Positions 1 through 8,516 of a DNA stretch of 36,391 nt are shown piece after piece. The notes beneath the pieces are model-generated. The model saw nothing but the letters and a program-made list of their open reading frames with translations. It did no database searches and had not been told where the DNA came from. The translations under genes were made by a program, and so were the position numbers. The stretch is taken from the sequence record NC_034620.1. One strand, given 5' to 3'. Positions within the stretch are counted from its first letter, which is position 1; each line of letters opens with the position of its first letter.

Positions 1-485
1 TTATTAATTCTAGCAAACCAAAACCTCAATTTAAAGTTAGAAAGTTACTAAACATATTGTTAATTTGTTATATTTATTCATTTCGTTATGTGTTGTTAGT
101 TTTTTGCGTTTAGTGTTGGAGAAATTGGAAGTTTAGAAAGAAAAGTTTATATACCAGAAGAAAGCATTTAATAATGTTAGTGGGCATTATCTTTCTTCTT
201 ATTATTATTTTTTTATATATATTATTATTAACATTTAAATTAGATAATTATATAACTACATAGTTAGTATATTATATAATTAGCTAACTACTAATTAGTA
301 GTTTATAATTAATAAATTATAGTCAAACCCAAAATAGGTTTTTTTACGCGATTTCACCGTTACAAAACAATTTATCTCTACAGCGTTGAAAGAAATTGGA
401 GATGCAAAGTTGATACGTTCTCTATAGAGAGAGATGATGGAGAAGAAACGAAAAATAGAGATCTAAAAAAGGAGAGAAAAATTTA
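1..485 (+). repeat. Left inverted terminal repeat (truncated copy)
   Basis: Base i pairs with base 35494-i; checked at both ends (1-36 vs 35458-35493; 421-485 vs 35009-35073). The match breaks at 486/35008. Confidence 0.95.
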
Positions 486-490
486 TAAAG
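471..490 (+). promoter_or_regulatory. BRE+TATA early-type promoter of the first ORF
   Basis: GGAGAGAAAAATTTATAAAG about 30 nt before ATG 522, with GGTGA RBS at 513-517. Confidence 0.75.
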
Positions 491-521
491 GAGGAGAAAG
501 ATATGATATAATGGTGAAAAG

Positions 522-860
522 ATGAAACATTTGACTGATGAACGAATCAGTGAATTAATAAAACAAGCAATACAAGAAGGAAAAAATGATTCAAGATACT
601 ATCTCATAATTAAAGAGTACAAGGGAAGAGATGGGCATGTAAAGATTAGACAAGTTTATGGCGAATATGAAATGATATTGATGAATATTAATGATGCTGA
701 TGATAATACAAGAGAATTTGAATATGCTGTTATTCCCAAGAGTGATACGGTAATATTGCTGGTTGAAGAAAGAATTAAATATAATTCACAGAGCCAAAAA
801 CATCAAATAGTATACGTTTTCAATTTCTTTACCGGCTGGAAGTCATTAAGTCTATATTAA
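522..860 (+). CDS. Terminal accessory protein (112 aa); resembles the rudivirus/lipothrixvirus AFV1 ORF99-like family
   Basis: ORF with promoter, RBS and T-rich terminator. The C-terminal pattern EYAVIPK...VYVF..FTGWKSL matches my recollection of that family (unverified). Confidence 0.75.
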   Translation: MKHLTDERISELIKQAIQEGKNDSRYYLIIKEYKGRDGHVKIRQVYGEYEMILMNINDADDNTREFEYAVIPKSDTVILLVEERIKYNSQSQKHQIVYVFNFFTGWKSLSLY

Positions 861-970
861 GTTAATTGTTTTTTTTATTTTTATTTTTATTATCTTCTAT
901 TTTATATTTTCTATTTTGAGATAAAAATTGATAATATAAGATAAAAAAGTAGATAGATAGAGAGATAAAC

Positions 971-992
971 GTTTAGAGAAAACTTTAAATAT
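971..992 (+). promoter_or_regulatory. Conserved early promoter GTTTAGAGAAAACTTTAAATAT
   Basis: Identical 22-mer at 2879-2900; variants at 1681, 3978, 33671 (+) and 31574, 33600, 34586, 35005 (-). Confidence 0.85.
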
Positions 993-1021
993 AAGTTTAG
1001 ACATATATATAATTGAGAGTT

Positions 1022-1249
1022 ATGAAGATTCAAATTATTGATGTAAAATTTCATGACTTTGAAATAGTTCAACAAATGAACAATTTTGCTTTAGCTAAAT
1101 GTAATTGTTGTTCAAAGTCAAGATTTGCGGTTTATAAAATTTCAGAAAAAAATAGATTTTTTTATTATCATGGATTTGATCAAAAATATGCACAAAAATT
1201 ATTTTCTTCTCTCGTTTCTCGTTTTAATTCACAACAACAAATTCAATAA
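1022..1249 (+). CDS. Hypothetical early protein (75 aa, CNCC motif)
   Basis: ORF track 1013..1249; ATG 1022 fits promoter spacing; followed by a long T-rich terminator. Confidence 0.8.
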   Translation: MKIQIIDVKFHDFEIVQQMNNFALAKCNCCSKSRFAVYKISEKNRFFYYHGFDQKYAQKLFSSLVSRFNSQQQIQ

Positions 1250-1345
1250 TTTTTTTAACTTTTTTCCTTAATTTTATTTTATTTTTATAATTTTATATTT
1301 TAACTTCCTATTTTTATGTTTATTATCTTCTATTTTTATCAATAT
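1250..1345 (+). terminator. T-rich terminator region (similar tracts follow most arm genes, e.g. 861-915, 3110-3200, 3765-3920)
   Basis: Oligo-T tracts directly after stop codons, as in Sulfolobus terminators. Confidence 0.6.
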
Positions 1346-1458
1346 TTTTTTTCATGTTTGGGATAATAATACTAACATTTTAGGAAATTCGTAAATCTAA
1401 AATTAAAGATACTTTTAAATTTGTCATATAACGTATGATGATTTGTAGATGATAAAAA

Positions 1459-1647
1459 ATGACAAGAGTACATAAATTAACTGCTGAGCAGAAAAAAATT
1501 CTAGAAAGAATGAGAAATAGGATAAATTATATTATTGAAACTTATAGTGAGTATTTGAATGCATTATCTGAATTTGATAGAACTGGTGTATTAAAAATTC
1601 ATGGGAAAGTCATTTATGAAAGAAAGTATAATGATCATGAAAATTAA
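1459..1647 (+). CDS. Small conserved rudiviral protein (62 aa, SIRV ORF62-like)
   Basis: TATA+GTC promoter at 1411-1427; sequence LTAEQKKILERMRNRINYII...FDRTGVLKIHGK resembles a recalled SIRV small ORF. Confidence 0.8.
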   Translation: MTRVHKLTAEQKKILERMRNRINYIIETYSEYLNALSEFDRTGVLKIHGKVIYERKYNDHEN

Positions 1648-1736
1648 CATAATTGTAAGTCGAAAAATGAAGACATGAAAAGATAGAGAAAACTTTAAAT
1701 ACTTTTGAAGACAGATGTAAAAATAGTGAATAAAAA

Positions 1737-2015
1737 ATGAATGCATTCGAAATCTTGCAAAAAGCAAAAGAAAAAGGAGAAGTTTTTTTAGTTTCACTTA
1801 CGCCTGAAGAGTTGAAAAGTACAGGATTTGAAGAAGAAAAAGAATTTTTTAATTTTCAGTTTGTAGATATTTTTTTAATATATGACAACGGTTACAAGCT
1901 AAAATATATTTTTGATGGAGATAATAGCAATTTCCTATATGAAAGTGAAAAAGATGTTGGCGGATATATATATTTTTTGGAAGTAATTAATGCGTATCTT
2001 AATGCAAGTAAATAA
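1737..2015 (+). CDS. Small acidic hypothetical protein (92 aa), anti-defence candidate
   Basis: Early promoter at 1681-1701; rich in E/D and F/Y. Confidence 0.8.
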   Translation: MNAFEILQKAKEKGEVFLVSLTPEELKSTGFEEEKEFFNFQFVDIFLIYDNGYKLKYIFDGDNSNFLYESEKDVGGYIYFLEVINAYLNASK

Positions 2016-2133
2016 TTTTTTAAGTTATTTTTTTTATTGATTATTTTTCTCAGATTCATTTTAATATTTCAGGATTAACATTTATTAAGAGAAACATAAA
2101 TATGTCATAAATATAAAAGAAAATCGATATATT

Positions 2134-2658
2134 ATGAATATAGTTTTAAGAGAATTTGATAAAGAAAAATTTAATATAAATATCACTGCATGGTTAGATA
2201 TTGATAATGATATTCAAAGTTGTTATACAAATTTTAAAGAAATTACGATAGTTACAATAATTCAAATGATTTCTGAAATTGTAGAAAAAGATGGCTGGGA
2301 TTTACAATATTTTGAGAAAGATGAAGAAGAAAAATTATTTAATGCATTTATGAAAAATTCTAAAATTACAGTAAGATTAAATAAAAAGATAGATGAATTA
2401 AATTATGTTTTTGAAGAAACTATTGTTGAATTTGATTTTCCAGAAATTGAGAAAAAGAGAATTGCGGAAATATATTTGAGTAATATACTTAATAATCTTT
2501 ATTATTTTGATGAATGTATTATTTATAATTTAGATGAAGGAGATATTAATTTAATACCAGAAGTTTTAAGTGATGAAGTTTATCAATTATTAAGTCCTGA
2601 TGAAATAAAGGGAAAATTTAAGGAAAAGATAGAGAAAATTATTAGTGACAAAGAATAA
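2134..2658 (+). CDS. Acidic hypothetical protein (174 aa)
   Basis: Long ORF; TATA+TGTCAT at about 2095-2109; leaderless start. Confidence 0.85.
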   Translation: MNIVLREFDKEKFNINITAWLDIDNDIQSCYTNFKEITIVTIIQMISEIVEKDGWDLQYFEKDEEEKLFNAFMKNSKITVRLNKKIDELNYVFEETIVEFDFPEIEKKRIAEIYLSNILNNLYYFDECIIYNLDEGDINLIPEVLSDEVYQLLSPDEIKGKFKEKIEKIISDKE

Positions 2659-2673
2659 ATATGGTGCAGAAAT

Positions 2674-2835
2674 ATGAATTTAAATGCTCCATTGGATCCA
2701 ATATGGCTTTTGGTTATTGTTGGAATTTTTTATGAATTATTATTTATCTTTTTCTTATTGGAATTAAGACAGATAATGAAACGAATTGAAGAAGAAGAAT
2801 TAGTCAGAATGTTAAAAAAGAAATATAAAAATTAA
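2674..2835 (+). CDS. Small single-pass membrane protein (53 aa; not in ORF track)
   Basis: Hand-translated MNLNAPLDPIWLLVIVGIFYELLFIFFLLELRQIMKRIEEEELVRMLKKKYKN; GGTG RBS at 2663-2666; hydrophobic segment followed by a charged tail. Confidence 0.65.
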   Translation: MNLNAPLDPIWLLVIVGIFYELLFIFFLLELRQIMKRIEEEELVRMLKKKYKN

Positions 2836-2934
2836 ATAAATTTTCACTAAAAACATGGCGTAAGCTACAAAGATAAAAGTTTAGAGAAAACTTTAAATAT
2901 GAGTTTTTACATATGTTATATTGGTGATAAAAAG

Positions 2935-3102
2935 ATGAAAGTCGTACAAGTTCAAAACACAAGATATTTCATTCAAGACAAAGATGATTTAATAAGCGTA
3001 ACTCATGAGTTGGCAAGGCAAGGCTATAGTATAAGTCAAATAGCTCAAGTGTTAGGAATAAGTGAACGACAAGTAAGAAAGTATTTGGAAGATTGTTGGT
3101 AA
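2935..3102 (+). CDS. HTH DNA-binding protein (55 aa), homolog of SIRV1 ORF55 / SIRV2 gp01 (acr-associated regulator type)
   Basis: MKVVQVQNTRYFIQDKDDLISVTHELARQGYSISQIAQVLGISERQVRKYLE aligns along its length with recalled SIRV1 ORF55. HTH motif is clear. ATG 2935 has a GGTGA RBS. Confidence 0.88.
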   Translation: MKVVQVQNTRYFIQDKDDLISVTHELARQGYSISQIAQVLGISERQVRKYLEDCW

Positions 3103-3306
3103 GCTAATTCTTTTTTTAATTTTCAATTTTCTCTTTTTCTTTTATTTTTATATTTATATTTTTGTTGTCTTTGTTTTCTATCTTTATCAATAATTTTTCT
3201 CAAATTTCAAATAATAATTCTACTAGTTTAAGAAGTTTATAAACCGAAAAATAAAAAAAGTTATATATTTGTCATATCTAGTTAGTTGTTTTTTGGAGGA
3301 AAGAAA

Positions 3307-3759
3307 ATGAGTGAAAATAACCTTATAAATGAGATAATTAACAGTTTGGAAGTTTTAAAACAACAAATTGATGAAATTAAGACAAAATTAATATCTACAA
3401 ATCATGACAAAGATATAGAAAATGTTTTTGAAAAATTAAGAAAAATTGCAGATGATCATTTAATTAATGCTATAATTTTTGTTTCAAACAGTGAAGTAAA
3501 ATATATTGCAATTCGTTCAGATAGCACTGGATATAAAACTCTTGTCATTTTAAATAATAAGGCATATTATTTCTATGAATATTCAATTATCAAAGGAAGA
3601 TTACAATTAAGATATTTCAAAGAATATGATATTCCAGAAGATATTATAAAAATATTAGAGAAATTGCCAGAGTCGAATATTGATTATGCAGAACCGAGAT
3701 ATTTCAAATTATATTATATTTTGAAAAAACATTATTCAATAGATTTAATTAAAGAGTAA
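3307..3759 (+). CDS. Hypothetical protein (150 aa), paralog of 32611..33075
   Basis: GGAGG RBS before ATG 3307; TATA+GTC at 3261-3275; shares FEKLR, IIFV...VKYIA and EY.IPEDII blocks with the right-arm gene. Confidence 0.88.
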   Translation: MSENNLINEIINSLEVLKQQIDEIKTKLISTNHDKDIENVFEKLRKIADDHLINAIIFVSNSEVKYIAIRSDSTGYKTLVILNNKAYYFYEYSIIKGRLQLRYFKEYDIPEDIIKILEKLPESNIDYAEPRYFKLYYILKKHYSIDLIKE

Positions 3760-4027
3760 TGTCAATTTTATCTTTCTTTTTTATTTTTCGATTTTTTCAT
3801 TTTTTACGTAACATTTTTCTGCTTCTTATTTTGATGTTTTGCCAAAATAAAGTTAATTTTTTTCTTTTTTAGTTTTAACTTTCTATTTTTTATTTTTATG
3901 TTCCATTTTTTTCACTTTTGATATATTATTTCTAAACTGGAGAAATTAAAAAAGCGTAAGATAGAAACGTAAAACTGTAGAGAAAACTTTATATATAAGT
4001 TTTTACATAATAGATATTAGTGATAAA

Positions 4028-4276
4028 ATGAGTCAAGTAGAAAAGCAAAAAGTTAAATTAGGTAAAAAAGAAAAAGCGGTTTTAGATTTTTTGAAATCGT
4101 ATCCTCAAGGAATATGGAAAGATGAGGTTATTAGACATTTTTCATGGGCATCAAGATATGACTCTGTAATGAGTAAACGTTTGCACAATCTGCAGAAAAA
4201 AGGATTAATAGTGATAAAAGCAGAAGTTAATCCTTCCTCTGGAAGGTCAAAACAAAGAGTATATTTAAAACAATAA
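4028..4276 (+). CDS. Winged-helix DNA-binding protein (82 aa)
   Basis: wHTH pattern LGKKEKAVLDFLK...KRLHNLQKKGLI...GRSKQRVY; early promoter at 3978-3997. Confidence 0.8.
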   Translation: MSQVEKQKVKLGKKEKAVLDFLKSYPQGIWKDEVIRHFSWASRYDSVMSKRLHNLQKKGLIVIKAEVNPSSGRSKQRVYLKQ

Positions 4277-4309
4277 TTTTTTTCTTTAAGCTTTTTCTTT
4301 TTTTTAGTT

Positions 4310-4501
4310 TTATTTTAGTTCTCTAATTAAATTTTCTATCTCACCTATTATATCTTCTATTTCTTCAATTTTTGCTTTTTCAAAATTATGTTCTTCATAA
4401 TTTTCAATAAGTTTCATAATTTCTTCTAATTTTTCTTTTGCATTTTGCAATTCTTTTATTGCATCTTCAAGATCTGATATTATTTCATCATAATCTATCA
4501 T
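4310..4501 (-). CDS. Acidic coiled-coil protein (63 aa)
   Basis: Heptad pattern; last gene of the minus-strand replication gene run. Confidence 0.75.
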   Translation of the reverse strand: MIDYDEIISDLEDAIKELQNAKEKLEEIMKLIENYEEHNFEKAKIEEIEDIIGEIENLIRELK

Positions 4502-4504
4502 TTT

Positions 4505-4771
4505 TTACACCTCTTTTATAATTTTTGAAACTTTTCCAATTGTTACATTTATTGTATTGCCAAAAGTTGAAAACCAAATTTCAAAATTTAATAGTTTATT
4601 ATCAATTTCTAAATAACCAGCAATTTTATTTTTATTTTTTGTATAAAATATTATTCTTGGTTTTTCGTTAAAAATAAAAGCTTTATTTAGTAAATTTAAA
4701 ATATCTTTTTCATTCATATTTTCAACTTTGTTTTTTATTTTTTCCATTTGTTCTAAAAATTTTTCACTCAT
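4505..4771 (-). CDS. Conserved rudiviral hypothetical protein (88 aa)
   Basis: ORF in a tight minus-strand cluster downstream of the Cas4-like gene. Confidence 0.8.
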   Translation of the reverse strand: MSEKFLEQMEKIKNKVENMNEKDILNLLNKAFIFNEKPRIIFYTKNKNKIAGYLEIDNKLLNFEIWFSTFGNTINVTIGKVSKIIKEV

Positions 4772-4823
4772 ATGACATCAAATAATCATATAAATTATGA
4801 CAAATAAAAATCTTTCTATTTTT

Positions 4824-5441
4824 TCAGAATAAAGAGCCAAAACATTTTGCTTTAAATTCACAATTTTTACATAAATAATTATTTGCTCCTGGTATAGTTT
4901 TATAATCTTGTGATTTCATAAATTCTTTAAATTTCTTAATCCAATCAATTGTCTTTTTTGTATATTCATCTAATACTTTTTTGTCTATTTGAAATTGTCT
5001 AACTTCTTTATTTATTCTATTTAAATATATAATGTATACGTTATCAATTTTATAGTTTTGTTGTTGTAGTAAATAATAGTAGATTGAGACTTGGTAAAGA
5101 TGATACTCCTTTATATTAAAGTAATTACTTGTAATAGTTTTTAATTCTATAAGATCATTATTGCAAATTAAGTCAATTCTTCCAGAAATTTTTATATTTT
5201 CAATTTCTCCTTTTATTTCAATTTCTGCTTTACAATTTAGTTTTTCTTGAAAATAATGTTCTACTTTTTCATGATATTGTTCTCCTAAATCTAAAGTAAT
5301 TTCATTTACGGCTTTCTCAAATTCAAATTTTCTACTAAAATAGCTTTTTCTAAAGCAAATTCCAATTTCGCTAGGAAATATTGTATCTTCTGGATATTTC
5401 ATTTTAAAGCTTTGTTTTACAAATTCTTCATAATTTGTCAT
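4824..5441 (-). CDS. Cas4-like PD-(D/E)XK ssDNA nuclease (SIRV2 gp19/ORF207 type)
   Basis: CFRK near the N-terminus, GRIDL...IELKT, QVSIY, and C-terminal [10 protein letters not shown] Fe-S cysteines. Confidence 0.93.
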   Translation of the reverse strand: MTNYEEFVKQSFKMKYPEDTIFPSEIGICFRKSYFSRKFEFEKAVNEITLDLGEQYHEKVEHYFQEKLNCKAEIEIKGEIENIKISGRIDLICNNDLIELKTITSNYFNIKEYHLYQVSIYYYLLQQQNYKIDNVYIIYLNRINKEVRQFQIDKKVLDEYTKKTIDWIKKFKEFMKSQDYKTIPGANNYLCKNCEFKAKCFGSLF

Positions 5442-5443
5442 TT

Positions 5444-6751
5444 TTAACCACCTAAATTACTAAATCTCATTAAGTTTATTATTCTATTACAAATTTCTTC
5501 ATTTTGTACTTTTCCAATTTGTAGATCTATGTCTAATGCCTGTAATAGAATTTGAATATCGATACTTTGCTCTTGTCTTCTAGATTCTAAATTATTGCAA
5601 TTTACATAGTTATTAATACTATTTATTTTCTGTTGAATTAATTCAATTAAAGCTTTCAAAATTGATGGATAGAGAACTCTTGCATTTATAATTTTATCAT
5701 AAGTTTTTTTAATTGCTAATTGAATAATATGAATTCTATCTAATATTGCAGATGTAAATATTTGATAATTTTGTAAATAATCTTCTATATCTGGATTTAC
5801 TAATTTATTAATTGTATAAGAATATGGATTTCCAGCGTAAATAATTGGAATACATTTTTGAATAGTAGCAGATTTTGACTCTGTTCCAGCACCTCTTGTC
5901 CAAATACAATTTTCAATTCCAGTTGATAGAGTTGAATTTATAGTATTTAATTCTTTTGTTGAAAAACCATCTTTCCAATTTTGAATTTCATCAAATATCA
6001 ATCCATTTGATAAAAATACAGCTCCATACATATTATTTCGGGCATCATAAACTAGATTTGCATAAGTTGGAGCTTCTGTATAATATCTAAAATTGAAAAC
6101 TTCTTGTAAAATCATAAAAGTTGTAGTTTTTCCAGTTCCTCTGTTAGAAATTTCAATATAATTAATTTGTCTTTTTGTAATTGGAGATTTGAATAATGGA
6201 AATAATCTAGGGAGAAAGAGAAATATATCATTTATTTCCATTTTTGATGGATCATATCCAAAACTTTGCAATAAAAGTGCATAAGTTGAATATTCTGAAT
6301 TTGCTAATTCAAATAATTCTTTTGCAATTTCATAATTGTTGGGTGGCTCAATTGAATAAATATCGCTAATGTACCAGTCTTCTATACCTTTCCTAATTTT
6401 AACAAACATATAACTAGTTATCAAATTATAGAAATCTTCAGGATTATCAGCTATAAAATGTGGATCGAAATTTGCAGTAAAACCATTTTGAAATTTTGCT
6501 ATTATTTCATCATCTTTAACTTTAAAATTAACAATTTTCGAAATAAACTTAACTTCATCATTATATAATAAATAAGACTGAAAATATTGTTGATCAATTC
6601 CGCGTTTGTAAGCTTTAAGAATTTCAACTTTTTTTGAGTCTTCAATTTGTTTTCCAGATAAAATTATATTTAAAACTCTTTCTGTATCTCTTGGATTATA
6701 AAAAAAAGAATGAGATTTTATTTTTTCAAGAAGTTGAGTTGAACTACTCAT
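5444..6751 (-). CDS. AAA+ ATPase (SIRV2 gp18/ORF436 type)
   Basis: Walker A SNRGTGKT, Walker B LIFDE, sensor AGNP, Arg-finger ILDRIH; position between SSB and Cas4-like genes. Confidence 0.9.
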   Translation of the reverse strand: MSSSTQLLEKIKSHSFFYNPRDTERVLNIILSGKQIEDSKKVEILKAYKRGIDQQYFQSYLLYNDEVKFISKIVNFKVKDDEIIAKFQNGFTANFDPHFIADNPEDFYNLITSYMFVKIRKGIEDWYISDIYSIEPPNNYEIAKELFELANSEYSTYALLLQSFGYDPSKMEINDIFLFLPRLFPLFKSPITKRQINYIEISNRGTGKTTTFMILQEVFNFRYYTEAPTYANLVYDARNNMYGAVFLSNGLIFDEIQNWKDGFSTKELNTINSTLSTGIENCIWTRGAGTESKSATIQKCIPIIYAGNPYSYTINKLVNPDIEDYLQNYQIFTSAILDRIHIIQLAIKKTYDKIINARVLYPSILKALIELIQQKINSINNYVNCNNLESRRQEQSIDIQILLQALDIDLQIGKVQNEEICNRIINLMRFSNLGG

Positions 6752-6776
6752 AAAAAAAATCGTAACTTATGACATT

Positions 6777-7178
6777 TTAAAATTCGTCTTCTACGTTTTT
6801 CTTTTCTCTTTTTTTCTCTTTCTTTTGCTCTTTTTGACTTTCTGTATCTTCTTCTAATTCTAATTCTTCCTCTTGAACTGTATTATTATTCCTTGGTGTG
6901 AATTTTACATATTCGTTTAATAAGTCAGCATATTTATTTAAGAATTCTGCAATTAATCTTAAATCTTCACTGTCATTTGCAGTTATTCCAAGTTGTTTCT
7001 TAAAATTGTTTTGTGAATGAATTGTCATACTGTATCTTACTTTATTATCTTGCGGAATTGCATTTAGTTGAACCACTAGTCTTTTTAGACCTTTGATTTT
7101 TAAAATTCTTGAAGCTATTTTATTATTTTCTTTAGCTTGTTTACCTAATTCATCTATTATTTCTTTGAGGGAACTCAT
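6777..7178 (-). CDS. ssDNA-binding protein (SIRV2 gp17/ORF131 type)
   Basis: First gene of the conserved SSB-ATPase-nuclease operon; charged, low-complexity C-terminal tail. Confidence 0.85.
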   Translation of the reverse strand: MSSLKEIIDELGKQAKENNKIASRILKIKGLKRLVVQLNAIPQDNKVRYSMTIHSQNNFKKQLGITANDSEDLRLIAEFLNKYADLLNEYVKFTPRNNNTVQEEELELEEDTESQKEQKKEKKREKKNVEDEF

Positions 7179-7278
7179 GTGTTTCTCCTAATTCAAAACT
7201 TATAATATGACATATTTATATATTTATAAAAGTAGAGGCTATGATATTTAGAAGTTAAAAAAGAGGAGAAAAAAATAT

Positions 7279-7551
7279 TTAAATTAACTTAAAGAATATA
7301 GATCTTATTAATTTAGATATTTTCATGTTATATTTATTTGCTAATTCTTTAAGCTTTTGATAGTATAGTTCATCAATTGTGAAAAAAACACGCTCATCAT
7401 AAATTTCGTTACTTTCAATTTCTTTGAATTCCCTTTGAGAATTTAGAATTCTGTCAATTTCTTGTTTTATTAACTCTCTTTTTTCGTAAAAAACATTTTT
7501 ATACTTTGATGGTATACGTAATTCGATATACTTATTTCTTTGCTTTTTCAT
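7279..7551 (-). CDS. Ribbon-helix-helix transcription regulator (90 aa, probably two RHH units)
   Basis: YIELRIP and VFFTIDELYYQKLKELANKYNMKISKLIRSI patterns. Confidence 0.75.
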   Translation of the reverse strand: MKKQRNKYIELRIPSKYKNVFYEKRELIKQEIDRILNSQREFKEIESNEIYDERVFFTIDELYYQKLKELANKYNMKISKLIRSIFFKLI

Positions 7552-7583
7552 AATTTTAGATATTTTAGAATACTATAAAAAGA

Positions 7584-7605
7584 TGACATATACATTTAAA
7601 TGTCA
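7584..7605. promoter_or_regulatory. Divergent TATA/GTC promoter core, TGACAT-N10-ATGTCA
   Basis: Inverted repeat lying between the divergent starts at 7551 (-) and 7623 (+). Confidence 0.55.
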
Positions 7606-7622
7606 GGTTTTCAATTGCATAT

Positions 7623-7967
7623 GTGAATTGTGAAAAAGTTTTCATTTATCATTTTCTTTACAATTATACATATTTTGTTACTATTGCTACAAATTATCGC
7701 TATAATGATACGATAAAAATCTATAAAAAATTTCGGCAATATATTTATAATCATGATAAAAATTCTCATTTATTTAGCGTAAAAGAGTATACAACAAAAT
7801 TTCATGGTCTACATTATCATGTTTTAGTTTTCACGAATAAACGACTTGATTATTCTAGAGTTCATAAACATATGCCTCCACATTCAGATATCAGAATTGA
7901 ATTAGTTCCAAAAACAAAAAAAGATATAAAAAAAGTTTTAGCTTATATGACTAAATCTAAAAAATAG
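7623..7967 (+). CDS. rep: HUH-family replication initiator Rep (SIRV1 ORF119 type)
   Basis: Motif I FVTIAT, motif II GLHYHVLVF, motif III YMTK; GTG start. Confidence 0.93.
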   Translation: MNCEKVFIYHFLYNYTYFVTIATNYRYNDTIKIYKKFRQYIYNHDKNSHLFSVKEYTTKFHGLHYHVLVFTNKRLDYSRVHKHMPPHSDIRIELVPKTKKDIKKVLAYMTKSKK

Positions 7968-7968
7968 A

Positions 7969-8256
7969 TTATTTACTTTGTGACTGTTGCTGAGAACTTT
8001 GCTTTTTCTGTGCTAATGCATTTACATCTGAAAGAGTATCCATATTCAATAATGCATTAATTCCAAGAGTTGTAGTATCTTTTATACTCTCTACTGCCGA
8101 AATTGTAGATTTTGTCATTTGATCGACTGCTATTTGGAATGATTCATTTGCTTGCTTTTGATTGTAGAGATATACTATTTCTCCAACTACATATGATCCT
8201 ATTAAAACTCCCATTAATACTAGAAATCCTTCAATTGCATATTGTATTGTTGACAT
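7969..8256 (-). CDS. pvap: Virus-associated pyramid protein PVAP (egress)
   Basis: N-terminal TM helix plus GEIVYLYNQKQ...DQMTKST...ESIKDTT..GINALLNMDTL, matching recalled SIRV2 P98. Confidence 0.93.
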   Translation of the reverse strand: MSTIQYAIEGFLVLMGVLIGSYVVGEIVYLYNQKQANESFQIAVDQMTKSTISAVESIKDTTTLGINALLNMDTLSDVNALAQKKQSSQQQSQSK

Positions 8257-8354
8257 TTCAATTTTATTATATGCAAATTACTTAGTAATAAAGTTTATGC
8301 AAAAAATCGAAATATATAAATATGTCATAATGTATGTTTATAAACTGAGGAAAA

Positions 8355-8516
8355 ATGATGGAGAAAGGGAAACCTGAAAGAGTTGTATTTGGAATTAATA
8401 TAGATAAAGAATTAAAGAGAAAATTAAAAGTATATTGTGCAAATAATGGCATAACATTAACTGAAGCTATAGAACAAGCATTGGAAGAATATCTACAAAA
8501 GAGGCAACCAAAATGA
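8355..8516 (+). CDS. svtR: RHH transcription regulator SvtR homolog (53 aa; not in ORF track)
   Basis: Hand-translated [53 protein letters not shown]; matches recalled SIRV1 SvtR ([15 protein letters not shown]...LT.AIE.A..EYLQKR). Confidence 0.9.
   Translation: MMEKGKPERVVFGINIDKELKRKLKVYCANNGITLTEAIEQALEEYLQKRQPK

Noticed and set aside
369-392. Second CRISPR-repeat-like string in the ITR (TTATCTCTACAGCGTTGAAAG; mirrored at 35102-35125)
   Set aside because: Needs a gap to align, the handle is GTTGAAAG rather than ATTGAAAG, and no clear promoter is positioned for it. Too weak to call, though cheap to include in a Cas6 test.
1591-1797. 68-aa minus-strand ORF
   Set aside because: Antisense shadow across two real genes and a promoter; F/L/I-rich as expected from reverse-read A-rich DNA.
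4824-5441. Cas4-like gene as evidence of a viral CRISPR-Cas system
   Set aside because: It is the known solo nuclease of the rudiviral SSB-ATPase-nuclease operon; no cas1, cas2 or array is present.
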